From Macrostomum lignano (lineage: Eukaryota), in contig NIVC01002072.1 of assembly GCA_002269645.1 (NCBI GenBank), positions 12,733 through 76,732 of the forward strand: 64,000 bases of DNA. Direction: 5' to 3'. A model generated the notes under the pieces. The model ran no database searches. It was given only the letters and a program-made list of their open reading frames with translations, and was not told the origin of the DNA. The stretch's first letter is position 1, and each line of letters starts with the position of its first letter. Position numbers and translations under genes: made by a program. This document shows, one piece after another, positions 49,604 to 62,951 of the stretch.

Positions 49604-52026
49604 TAACAATGTATTTGATTATAAATTTATCCTTTTAAAGATAAATGAGTTATATTCTTATCTATTTCTTTTAAAACACCTTTTGGTCAACTTATGGTCA
49701 ACTTTATAACTTGACCAATTTTTGAAAGTAATGTGTCTTTTAGGCAAATGAGATTTATCAACTAGAATAAAAATTGAAAAAATATAAGAAAATAATTTTT
49801 AAAAATCTTATTAGTCCTTATTCTTTGTTTAAGACTAGCAAAACTATATACAGTCTAGGTTTTTTGTAGTGTTCCGCCATAAAGAGGGTCCATATACCAT
49901 AGCCATATGCAAAACTATGGCTTATTCCAATTCTCTGTATTCCATAGCCATAGGGACCCCTATTCCTATATTCCCCTATACCCCTATACCCCTATATTCC
50001 TATAGTTCCCATAGCTGTAGCCATAGTTTTAACAAAAAGTCTAGAAAACAAAATATTTTGAATCAAGAAGATAACCTAGTGCTTAAACAATTGCAAATTA
50101 AGTTAGAAAATAAAAGAAACACTCAATTGCCTTTGTAAGATTATATTTTGTCTTTTTTCAAAGCAATAATACTTTATCGTTACTGAGAGTACTAATGCTA
50201 AACGTTTTCACATTAATAAAAATTAATGTTTGCTAGTGTTTTATTGTACTTTTTTTAGGTATATTTTAAAAGTTTCTAAGTTGATAATACAGTTTACTAA
50301 AAGTATCTTTGTTTTACTCTACCTGTTTCTAATATTTTTCAATTTTTTAACATTAATAACTATGGCTATAGGAATCTACAGAATGTGACAACAACTACCA
50401 TATTTCTGTAGACATAGCCGTAAGAGCAGCTAGCTACTGTAGGCATATTTGTAGCTTCCATAGGCACCTATTTTACCATATTTGCCATAGCTATGGCTAC
50501 AGCAAAATGCTAATTATTTGGCCTAAGTTCAAGGCTGGGATATTTTTATATATCATTATTTATATATCACCTAGCCTGATTCCTAATTCTTGATCCAACA
50601 TGATTAGGAATCATGTTGGCAATACATATGTAAGTCATTAATGGCTAAAAGTAGTCATATGACTACTGTAGCAGAGCACTTAATACAATTCAAATAGAAA
50701 GAAAGAAATAGCGGTGACTTAAATTAACTATTAAATTTATTATTAATTATTCTAGGTTATTTATTTAGTTGTAGAACTTGACAAAAAATAATATAACTTA
50801 TATTTAAAGTTACTAGGCCTAGGGGCACAGTCTTGGCAGTAGCAGAGTGACTAAGTCTAATATACTAAATATAATCTAATGTTAATTTGGTTTGGTTGGC
50901 TCTATAGCCTATAGAGCAAAATTATTTCAAATAGTCTTGTCTGGTATCACTGGACTAAGGTAACGAGACACGCCAAGCGTGAGGAGGGAGAGGAAGAGCC
51001 TACACCAAAAACACAAAACACCCGCACTCAAAACTGCAGCAAAACTGCTCCACTAAAACCTTCAATACTAACTTCAAAAATGTGGTAACAAAAATAATAA
51101 AACAGTAGATGAAATAATAGACATAATTTTCCTATAACAAGTGCTTTCCCCCTACCCCCCATAATTATTACAAAAAATCAATTTAAGTACACTAAAAAAT
51201 CAGATAAAAACTAAAAAATATTATAACGACATTGTCACAACTACTATTCTGTCCAATATCAAGTTATATATGTGTTTCCAATAAAAATAGCTAGGTAAAT
51301 TCCTAGGTTGCATCCTAGCATATGTTCATATAGGCCTAGTAAATAAAAAGTTGACAAACAATAATAGATAGTAAACTATTATTAGGATATCATTTTTATT
51401 ATATTGGAGAAAAGGCTATCTATTAGCTATCATGTCCTTTATTAACTGCCTATAGCAATAGCAATAGCAATGTTGCTATTTCTTCATAAATTTATTTTAA
51501 AATTTACTATAAAGTCCTTTTATGAGTTGATTCATAAAACAAAATTTAATTTGTCAAAGGAAGTTGTTTTACTAATAGTTTTTGTCCTAACTTAAAAGAT
51601 GATTAAAATATTATATAATAATATAAATATTATTAGATGAATATAAAAAATGTATAATATTAAAATGTATATTAAATGTATATTAAAATATTAATAGATG
51701 ATAAAAGTATTATATAATATATAATACCATAGGCATGTTTTTATTATGAGTTGATAATATTATGTATAGACCATTGCCAACAAGTTTATGCTGACATCTT
51801 AATGATAAATATTGGGTGATATGCTATAGGTGAACTATGCAGTAGCTAAGCTAATGTGTTAATATATACTGGGTAGCCATTTTAAAATAAGCAAAGACAA
51901 ATGATTCTTAAGTCAGTGTGGTTCAAATGTATTTAAAGTTAATTAAATGGGTTCAAAAGTTTGATTTAAAATAAGTAAAGTAAGCTATAAGTAGACTAGT
52001 AACAAATCAAAAATCAATTTAACAAT

Positions 52027-52171
52027 CAGGGGCCTAGTCAAGGGGCACAATGGGGACATGTCCCCCTGGAGGGGTTGGTTTACTGCCTTTGTATTTTGCT
52101 TCCATTGCTTCCATTGGAGATGGATTTATGTCTCTGCCCCCCCCTGATGTAAATCCTGGCTATGCGCCTAG
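52027..52171. mobile_element. Decayed MITE of the CAGGGGCGTAGCCAG type
   Basis: CAGGGGCCTAGTCAAGGGG ... CCTGGCTATGCGCCTAG; related to the TIRs at 35957-36580. Confidence 0.5.
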
Positions 52172-52528
52172 TAGCAATGTATAAACTTAGCCTTTGTGTT
52201 GTACTGCTGCTCAGAATACAACCTTTTGTTGAAGAGGTTTTTGTCTAGCCTATGGCTTCAGTGAAGTTCTTAAGAATATGAATAGACTTTTTGACTTAAT
52301 CTAGTATATTATATAAGGCACAATTACCATCTCACATGGCCAATTTGGCTAACATGATTGTATAACATTAAATTGAATACTGTACTCAAAAATTGGGGCT
52401 GTGCAATTCAAACCCATGAGGGCCATCCCTACACCCAAGGCATTGAAAGTTTGTCTGCCTGACTATTAGAAAGTCTGGGCCAATGTACACCTGTTAATTA
52501 TGTGTATGCTTTGTTCAATCCCCGGCAG

Positions 52529-54211
<1,683 letters not shown>

Positions 54212-54599
54212 TCGATAGATGATGATGAATTCGAAACTCTTAATTAGTGGGCTTTTTGCTTTGGAATATTGATTGAATTTATCAATTAGAAACTCTGCCT
54301 ATAAATCTGTTACAACTAAGACTATACTATTAGCTATTATTGTCATTGTAGTGAATATATAAAAAACTCGCTGCGTACGACAAGTGCAGTGTCAGTTGAA
54401 AGAGAAGAGACTCGGAACCAACTTTCTAGAATAATATATATCATCTCAACAAACTATAAACTCAAGGTTCGTGTTTTTATCCTTGTGCTAATCTGTTTGT
54501 GGTGGAGAAATATAAGCGAGAACAGTACCTGAATATGCTAACTTTAATTCAACACCTCGGTATGTTCTACTGTTAGAAATAAAATTATAATTATTAAAT

Positions 54600-55310
54600 A
54601 TTTGTTTATATTAATTTGTGCTGGTCTGCCTTTTTCATTTCTATATTTGTGTTTTTATACAGCGCCAAGTTTGATTTTTCCTCAGACTTTTGGCCATAGA
54701 CATCCTGAGCGGACTGGCTGCTGTGGTTTTCGACCAGAGAAAAATAGAAGTCAAGGACTTCTTAGTCAACTCGGAAAGGAAAACCTCGCAAATTATGTTG
54801 AAAATGGTATCTTCTTTACCGTAGCCGTCATGGCCGCATCCATGATCCATGAGCGCATCCATGCATGCACCAGCTTCCGACATCACTGTCTGTCCTTCGC
54901 TGCTCTTCATAGCCTCTCCACTGTCCATCCGGTCTATTATTTCTCCTTAAATACAGAACTTTGCCATGGCTCCCTAATTCCTCGTCTGATGTCCGTAATA
55001 TTTGAGCTTTCTTTCCTTGATCTCCACAGATTCTGAAGAAGTTGGGGTGACGCTTGGTCGCCATGATCTTAGCTGTCACTTGCAGCATTGACGATAGCGC
55101 CCCTCAGATAGGTCCCATAAGTGCTTCTTACGACAGGTCCCGAGCAGTCGTAGGGTTAAGATCAACCTTACGAAAGACCATAAACATACTAACGTTTCGA
55201 GAAACTGCATCTTTCGTAAAATTGCGATCACTCGTACGCATAGTCAAACTGTGTGGCCATCACAACTTACGTCTATGGTCCATTGTATCATGCGTAATCT
55301 TAGCGATATA
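54600..55310 (-). mobile_element. Decayed RTE-clade LINE 3' fragment
   Basis: Minus strand reads LRSWRPSVT...SVEIKERKLKYYGHQTRN*GAMAKFCI*GEII, matching the RTE ORF2 tail pattern (IPWT.RVT...IK.RKL.YFGH..R...L.K.IL.G.I), with stops and an AT-rich tail. Confidence 0.6.
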
Positions 55311-56820
55311 AGGTCGGGAGAGTGCTGGCCTGAAGAATAGAAAGTACAGTCAGGGCCGCACTGGTGCGCTTGTCTGTTTTCAGGAGTCAGCGATATGGGT
55401 AGAATTGCATGCCCCAGCTAGCGCTGGAATTGTGTGACGATGTCACCGCCGAAGGCGTTGCTCCGCCAAGGTGCCCGCAACCCTCCTGCAATTGATACAA
55501 TTAATAACGGTCTGTATGTGCAGGACCGTTAATGTTACAGGTTCTGACTGACACCTCCCCCCTTCTGTAGTTGTTGTTAAACGATTGGGTCCGTAAAAAT
55601 TGTAAAAAAACCCGAAGAAAAAGGCAAAACGCTGCAGTTTATCGAATATGGATAGATTTTTTCGGTGTCACACAGTTTATTCTTTTAGTGTCATTTAGTA
55701 GAAACTATGTAGTTTAGTAGTATCATACTAGTAAAAATATAGCTTGATTCTGTATAGAAAATATAGCGATATAAGAATCGATTGAGAGAAAAAATGTTGG
55801 AGAAAAAGCAAAAAAAATAAAGTTTTCGATTTTGACAGCAGTTTCGCTTATAAAGAGATGCTTTGATTTTTTTGTTTAAATGTATTATAATTTTGTCGGG
55901 AAACATAATTGTCACATTAAAAAAACATTGGGAATTTTTATAGCTCAACGTTTATCTACTTATAGTAGTAAGATTCTAGAAAGATAACTTAATCGCACTG
56001 GCAAGGTCAGGATTTTGTGTTATTTGTTTACTGATAAAACAAACTACTCAGCATTTTATTGGGTGATATTATTCAATAATATCCCGTAAATTTTTATGTA
56101 TGATTTATGAGATAAAACGTGCCCTTTTCGGGAGCTATTTTCATAAATTGTATAATTTTATACAAATATCCCCCTCAAAAGGTGTGTTTTATCTTCCACT
56201 AGTACATAATTTACTTCGAAGTACAATCAAACTTATCACAATCAATTAGTTTCTTTTACTTTCGACCGAATTTTTTCGATGTCGAAACTCGATTTCTCGC
56301 TAAACTTGTTGAGTGCTGCAACTCGGGAAAAGCGCAAAACAAAAAAGAAACAAAATATTAGAAATTTCAAGATAAAAAACTGAAAACTTCCTACCTCCTA
56401 ATTTAGGTTCACATGAAATCTGCATATAATATTGAAATCAAAATCTCCAGAGCTATACTGCTGTACGACTGCTGAGATTCTACATGACCCGATGAAAACG
56501 GCACCCCAGGCCAAGAAGCGTCCCCAGAGTCGCTTGCATCCCGCCCGGTCGAGTTGTTGCAGGTAACACAGGTAAAATACGAGAGAAAAGTGTACTGACG
56601 ACTGTAACACGAGATGTCACGGTAAAAGTCGCCTAAAGAGTCACTATAAGGCGTTTGATTGTCTAAGACTATTAAACTCTAATTGGCCTGCTTGAGTTAG
56701 TAGAGAGTTAAGCGCTAACGCAACGACTCTTCCGTGTCTCGAATCTAGAATACAAAACGATCACGTGACGCGCGTTTTGTACTCCACACTCGCCTCTTCC
56801 GTTGCATTTGAGTCTTTAAA

Positions 56821-57045
56821 ATTTACAAGGCAAACTCTGGCCCGTGGGCCGGCCCGCAAAGCTTCTCTATCAGGCCTCACGGATCAGGTCCTTCGAAACT
56901 TTACAATATAGCCATCCCGCCCGCTCAATTGGAATTTACCTTCTTAACTCATTTTTGTTTTTTCTCTCCCCTCCTCTGGCCCGCGGTCATGCATGCGCTT
57001 AGGTTCTCTTTTGGCCCTTGAGCTAATAGAGTTTGCCAACCCCTG
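56821..57045. mobile_element. hAT-Charlie-like (MER58-type) MITE with a degenerate left end
   Basis: GGCAAACTCTGGCCCGTGGGCCGGCCCGC at left; TTTGGCCC...AGTTTGCCAACCCCTG at right. Confidence 0.65.
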
Positions 57046-57119
57046 TGCTAAAGTCATAAGAGAGTTGTTTGCAATGAGTTCTTTGCGAATAAAGTCATGT
57101 TAACGTTTTCAGCCGGTGC

Positions 57120-60100
57120 TCACGGTGTACAGAAGGAGCTAGCCACAATAGATATTTCTACCTTCCCATCAGATTCGGTGTTGCCTCCATCCGATCCTGA
57201 AACTTGCTTAGCTGAAGCAGCTGCATAGCTGGAGCCGCCGCCACCTGGATTGTCTTGCGCCCCGCCGGAGCCGCCGCAGTAGCCACCGCCGCCGCCGCCG
57301 CCTCCGGCCTTATTGCCTCCCATTGTTCGGCCTCCACCGCCTCCACCACCGTAGCCACCAAAGCCGCCGTCGCCCGATGCGCCATCACCTCCTGCAAAGT
57401 TACTTCCAACTGAGCCACAATTATTGCCACTGGGTGAAGTTCCAGATGATTGCCATCCGGCACCGCCGGCGCCACAGTTGCCTCCGGATGGGTTGCTTCC
57501 CGCGTTTCCGGAGCAGCCGCCGGTCGAACTGGTTCCAGGGCTGCCTGTAGCCGAACTGACGTCTGCTCCACCGCCTCCTCCTCCGGCCGCCAGCAGCAGG
57601 ACGGGACTGCCGCCACTCGTGTAGACGAAAGTGCCGCCTCCGCCGCCGCCGCCATCGCCATTGTTTCCGGATTTTCCGACAACAATAGTCAACGTCTGAG
57701 AGCTGTTCAGGACAAAGTGGGCAATTTTTATAGCCCCGTTTCCACCAGCTGCGCTTCCGGAACCTCCTTTGGCGCCACGCGCTTCGAACCGATAGCAGGC
57801 ATTGTCCACAGGGGGCGTGTAGTTCACCGGTGTTCCATATTGTTTTGAACCCGAGGTTGGCACTGAAAATTGAAATTGACGATTCGAAATTTTATGCAAT
57901 AAATATAAATTCATTGGACAACAAAATTATATGGACGCTGCACTAAAAAATACATGTACTGTAGTCTCCTGTGCAGCATTTTCAGAGAAAATGCAGCTTG
58001 ATAAACTTGATAAACTTGATAAACAGACCCTTGATTCATTTGAAATTCGAAATTTCAATTTCAATATGTATAGGAAATTTCTAGCTAAAAATCCTAAAAA
58101 CTGAAGATTGAAAGTACGATGTTTGAGTCTTTGAAATATGCAAATGGCTTCATGAGCTCTGCGGGCGCGCCTGTCTCCCCTGCTGGCGGATGTCACATCC
58201 AAGAGGAGCCACAAGTTAAGCTGCCTGTCCTTTGTCCAGCTCTGGAAATCTCTTTTTTAATTTAGCTTTAACTAAGAGCAATTTTGTTGCGGGTGATTGA
58301 ATGATTCTCTATGGACGCGCTCAGAACCAGTGGTTTAAAAACATTTCATTATGGAAAAGCTTAAGCCGTATGACTGCGAGACCAACCTTAAGCTTTTTCT
58401 GTCAGTATTTCCAGCTGAAGGCTCGGTTTAAATATAAACTTTACTTCTTAACAGTAGAAAGACCACGCCATTTTTCCCCATGGGGAAAAACCACGGGGTG
58501 TATTACAAATACACACGACCCATTTCACGATAGCTCGCAAACCGATTTTCGTAGAAGTCCACCACATGGATCAAAATTTTCCGCCCTTTCCGACGAACTA
58601 ACTTTCAAAGTCATCCGACGTCAGCATCGTCGAGATATTCAACGATTCTTGTCGAAGACACTGGTGGCAAGGCCAACCAACACTACACTGTATAAACCTT
58701 TATGGTGAATCCATATTGGCTCAATAATTTGGGTCCATCTGTCGTAGAGGCCTTTTTTCTCAGCATCCCAGGCACCGGGTCCCCTTCATCACCGTCTGGA
58801 GCATCGGTGGCGACCGTCGGGACCTTCAACAAAAGCACCGATCGGCATCTCAGAGACGGCTGCGTTCCCAAAACTGAAGTGGAAGAATCCTCTTCTGCAT
58901 GAAGCATTCAGTCAGTAGACATAATCTGTGAATGAAATGGACGATGGCGACCCTCTAGGCTGACCTGTAGACATACAGGCGACCTTCAGGAGCTTCAACG
59001 GAGTGCCACCACGCGGCCCTGACGAGCGGGCACCCCCAACATCGTGGTTTTTCTATCAAGGCACCAAACCAGGCATGTCTGCATATTATACAATGCTTTT
59101 GCACCATGTTAAATTTGAGAGTTTTGGGAACGCAGCGGTCTCTGAGATGCCGATCGGTGCTTTTGTTGAAGGTCCCGACGGTCGCCGCCGATGCTCCAGA
59201 CGGCGATAAGAGGACTCTGTGTGGTGGGATGCTGAGAGCAAAAGTTCCTGCGACTGATAACCAAAGTTTGTTGAGCCGACGTGGTTTCACGATGAGATTT
59301 TGTGAGCAGAAACATTTTGCCAATGTTGTGTAGAGTGTTTTACTTCCCACAAAAGATCACAAAATTGTTAATGTAGAGGTTTATTCATAGAATGCTACTT
59401 TAAGTAGACTAATGCAAAAATGCGCAGCGAAACTTAAACCGTGAGTCAAGTTACTATTTTATCGAAAACCATGAAGCATGTTACTATTTTTTACGAACAA
59501 TGAATCACCTTACTATTTATAGCACAAAAAGAATCATGTTGCTATTTATAACGCAAAGAAGAGTCATGTTACTATTTATTACCAAAAAAGATGAATCATG
59601 CTGCTATTTATATACGTCGCAAAGGTTGCCTATAAATACAAGTGGTCCGAAGCGAAGCGGACCCGGAGCCAACAACCGAACCTCCAGAAGGAGAAGCTCC
59701 GAAGAGGAAGCCTTAGGAGGACTTCCTGCAGACCAAGTCAACCGAGACTCGGCTGAGTTCTTGCGGAAAGCCTTACTCATTTGCGCCCGTTGTTTGAGTC
59801 GACTCATTATTGTGGTTGTGCTTGAGTCTGTTGAGACTCTTGAGTCTATTTGAGACTCCATTGGTTGTAGTCTCCAGAAGGACTACCCTGATAGATCTCA
59901 GACTATCAGTGAATACCGGAGCTATACCTAGGGTGCATTAAGACACGCTAGAGGGAGGAGGCTTATTTGAAACCGCATTAAGGCGCAGGGATCCCCATTG
60001 ATAACACGAAGCTTCTGATTGCTCCAAACGACAGATACCGGCCGGAAACGACTTCAGTGGAAGTAAAGGAACGCGGACCTAGTTTACGAAACATAGACGT

Positions 60101-61236
60101 CTAACGAGCCAAGAAGTTCGAGAACTGCAAAACAAGAAAGAGCTCTCCAAGACAGGACTCAAGGTAAGAGATATCTTCATTTGATTACTGGGTTGCCTAG
60201 CAGTAGCTAGAAGTGATTGTTCTTTGATTAGTCTTGGTAGTAAGGAACACATCAGTTGGTGATTTTTGCCACCAGACACCCGAGGAGAATCGTTGAATAT
60301 CTCCCAACGATGCCGATTTTTAGTGATTCCCAAAGTTGCTTCATCGAACAGAAGGGAAAATTTTAGCCCGTGTTCTGGATTTTCATGGCAATTGGTTGTT
60401 GAATATTTTTGGAGATCCAGACAAAGGAAAAATGTGTGTATTTGAAATACACCCCCATGGACTTTCTACTGTTAATAATTCCGTATGCTAAGATTCTTTT
60501 TATGCCTACCTGTTACTACCATTGGAGCAGGAGTTGTAGTGGTTGTCGTAGTGGTCGTAGTCGGAGTCGTGGTGGTTGTCGTAGGCGGAGTTGTCGTCGT
60601 CGTAGTCGGAGTCGTAGTGGTCGTAGTCGGAGTTGTAGTGGTCGTAGTCGGAGTTGTAGTGGTCGTAGTCGGAATTGTAGTGGTCGTAGTCGGAGTCGTA
60701 GTGGTTGTCGTAGGCGGAGTTGTTGTCGTCGTACTCGGAGTCGTAGTGGTCGTAGTCGGAGTCGTAGTGGTCGTAGTCGGAGTTGTAGTGGTCGTAGTCG
60801 GAGTTGTAGTGGTCGTAGTCGGAGTCGTTGTGGTCGTAGTCGCAGTCGGAGTCGAGGTAGTCGAAGTCGGGGTCGTCAGAATTGAAGTCGTAGTCGGAGT
60901 CACTGACGCAGTCTCACAGTCTGCTGCGCCTCGCAGCACCTGCGTGTTGCAGGCCGGTCCGCCGCTGAGTTGCCAGAAAAGCAGCAGGTCGCAGCTGTTT
61001 CCAAGAATGCACGACCTGTTGCTAGGCGAGTACTCATACACTGAGCACAGAGTCGTGTTGCTCACGCATTTGACAGCACACTCTAGAGGATCGGGAACGC
61101 CAAGCAGTTTGCGCGGACCGTCAGCTGCAGTGCTAGCATTGTGACACAAGTCCGGCCTCTTGTCGAAGACAAAAGATGTACCGTCGGCGAATGAAATCAG
61201 CACTGCCAAGGTTATGGCAGCTTCGTGAAGTGTCAT
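57120..61236 (-). CDS. Secreted protein (about 489 aa): signal peptide, PAN/apple-like domain, Thr/Pro mucin stalk, ALK/LTK-like glycine-rich domain
   Basis: Exon 1 61236-60510 (ATG; hydrophobic LHEAAITLAVLISFADG; ECAVKCVSNTTLCSVYEYSPSNRSCIL; (PTTTTTT)n) ends ACA G|gtaggc (phase 1). Exon 2 57862-57120 begins ttttcag|TG (phase 1) and encodes YRFEARGAKGG, QTLTIVVGKSG, GGGGGGGTFVY, LLLAAGGGGG, GGFGGYGGGGG, GGGGGGGYCGG, GGGGSSY, DGKVEI. Each exon is well supported; the join is inferred from matching phase. Confidence 0.78.
58704..59292. repeat. Inverted repeat with an 84-bp near-perfect inner arm and diverged outer arms
   Basis: 58792-58875 versus the reverse complement of 59120-59203 match at 82/84; spacer 244 bp. 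Outer arms are about two-thirds identical. Confidence 0.93.
59443..59640 (+). promoter_or_regulatory. Six degenerate 30-bp units with TGA(G/A)TCA and CTATTTAT motifs, followed by TATAAATA (LTR-like promoter module)
   Basis: Units directly visible; AP-1-like and MEF2-like motifs (perfect CTATTTATAG at about 59513-59522); TATA box at about 59631. Confidence 0.5.
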
Positions 61237-61402
61237 TCCAAGACGCTGACAGCAGGGCTTGGTTGTCGAGGTAGATTGGCAGATGCTTCTAAGCCAGGAA
61301 AGTCGCTAAGCCAGTGAGCAGTTGCAGCTCTAAATATAGTGTCTCAGCTGCATTTTCCTGTTGGCTGGCTGGGCTATCCAGTGAATAGAATTTGTTGTCC
61401 TC

Positions 61403-61416
61403 GTCTCCATGGAAAC
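61403..61416. promoter_or_regulatory. RFX X-box-like palindrome GTCTCCATGGAAAC
   Basis: Fits the GTYNCCATRGNAAC consensus; about 170 bp upstream of the 61236 ATG, with TATA-like TATATTTA (minus strand) at 61331-61338. Confidence 0.5.
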
Positions 61417-62086
61417 CATCCCACGACAGTAGCTAATTAGCTTCGGGATGGAGAGAGAAACTTTGCCCGTCATGCGGCAGCTGAGAGTAAATTGGTGGCA
61501 TTGAGCATTCTCAATGGGATGGGAAGTTGCGGGATGCTGCGGCCAAACGGGACTCCCTCTGCATCAGTAATCAACTCATTCTGCCTCAAGCCGATTTTGG
61601 GCGAACAAAGGGATTTTTTAAACTTTTTTTACTCTGGTAGCTATAGTCAACGCTTTTAATGAGCTTAGTATCTACATTGCTGCTGAGTAGCTTTGGCAGT
61701 TGTGGCAAGCTCAAAATAGCTTTGTGCTGGCTTGTCTTGAGCCTCGACAAGAGGTGTCTGGATCCGTTTTTAATCTCTATTCAATCTTGATTTCAAATTT
61801 TTCGATAAAAGTCGAAAATAAAAGTCGAATATAAAAGTCTGGTCACTTTTTTGGCTTGTTTCCAGAAATAAAATGTCGGTTTCGCCTCAAGATTGTTTTA
61901 TGAATTAAGTTTTCATGGAGGAGGAGGTGCGGGGCTCGTGTGGCGTTGACAGAAAGTGCGTGTGTAAGCTAAGGGTGCATTCTATGAGTGGAAAGATGCC
62001 AAAGAAGAAGAGTATGAAGTTTTGTTTTTTGCTGCTTATGTTTTGAAGTTGCAGGTACAGGTTTACAGGTAATGCATACATGCAGA

Positions 62087-62390
62087 GGGGTTGTAGCCCA
62101 GTGGTTAGAGCGTCGGACTCATGTCTTGAAGGTCAGGGGTTCGATTCCCGATCCCCCTGGAACAATTTATGTCCTTGAGCAAGACACTTAACTCTGCGTT
62201 GCTTCAGTTCACCCAGCTGTAAAATGGGTGCCAGCATTAGCTGGGGTAATTAAAGGTGTGCGTGGCGACTCCCCAGTCATTGAACTGAACAGCCGTACGC
62301 AGCCTTCAGATGCGCCTTGCAATAGCTGCGGCTGAGCTGTCGTTGCACATCTGCCCATTAGGACAGGAGTAATCAATTATTATATTATTA
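62087..62390 (+). mobile_element. tRNA-derived CORE-SINE (MIR-like central domain)
   Basis: A box TAGCCCAGTGG, B box GGTTCGATTCC. TGTCCTTGAGCAAGACACTTAAC...CTTCAGTTCACCCAGCTGTAAAATGGG resembles the MIR CORE. (ATT)n tail; second copy at 22845-23153. Confidence 0.88.
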
Positions 62391-62951
62391 CATGGAAAAT
62401 TTTGTCCTATCTTTATAGTGTTTTTCAAGGATTTATCCTTATTATCCTTATAGTGCCACAACCCCTACATTCAGCCCTACCATCGGCTTCATCTTTTACA
62501 GTAAAACTTTCTAGCATTTTATTCGATCGAAAACAGTTAATTATAACTATTTGTAATGTGAATAAATTTGTGCTACAAATGCCAAACGTTTCCAAGCTGA
62601 GAAAATTTGAATGAATCTAATTTTTTGTTATAAAATAGCCACACTCCAGGCTTGGCCCCGCACTATAGGGACAAACGAGAGGCTCCTGATGGTAGCTCTT
62701 CTCCTATTTAGTTAGAAGAGAACCAGACTCCGTCTGGAGCAGCCTTTCATGCTGTCGTCCACTCCAACTCTCTCGCTGTTTCATTTGCCGTTTAAATTAT
62801 TTACGACATCGCATAGCCAGGACTGCATGGTTGGCTCACGCTTGCTTCCAGTTAAAACCGGCTTTAACGAACTCTTTTTTAACTGCCTGAGAAAACCTGG
62901 CAAAGTGTGGATGGCTGCTCGGAGCCTGCGCTGTATCAAGCTGATTCGAGA

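Noticed and set aside
57120-57914. ALK/LTK receptor tyrosine kinase gene
   Set aside because: Only the glycine-rich domain is present; no TM, MAM, LDLa or kinase exons are visible downstream on the minus strand.
59443-59620. CRISPR-like repeat/spacer array
   Set aside because: Repeats are degenerate and variable parts are only about 10 bp; better explained as an enhancer-like tandem.
62087-62160. Functional tRNA-Met (CAT) gene
   Set aside because: Anticodon and acceptor stems pair poorly, the sequence continues into a CORE domain and (ATT)n tail, and the second copy has a different anticodon loop. It is a SINE head.
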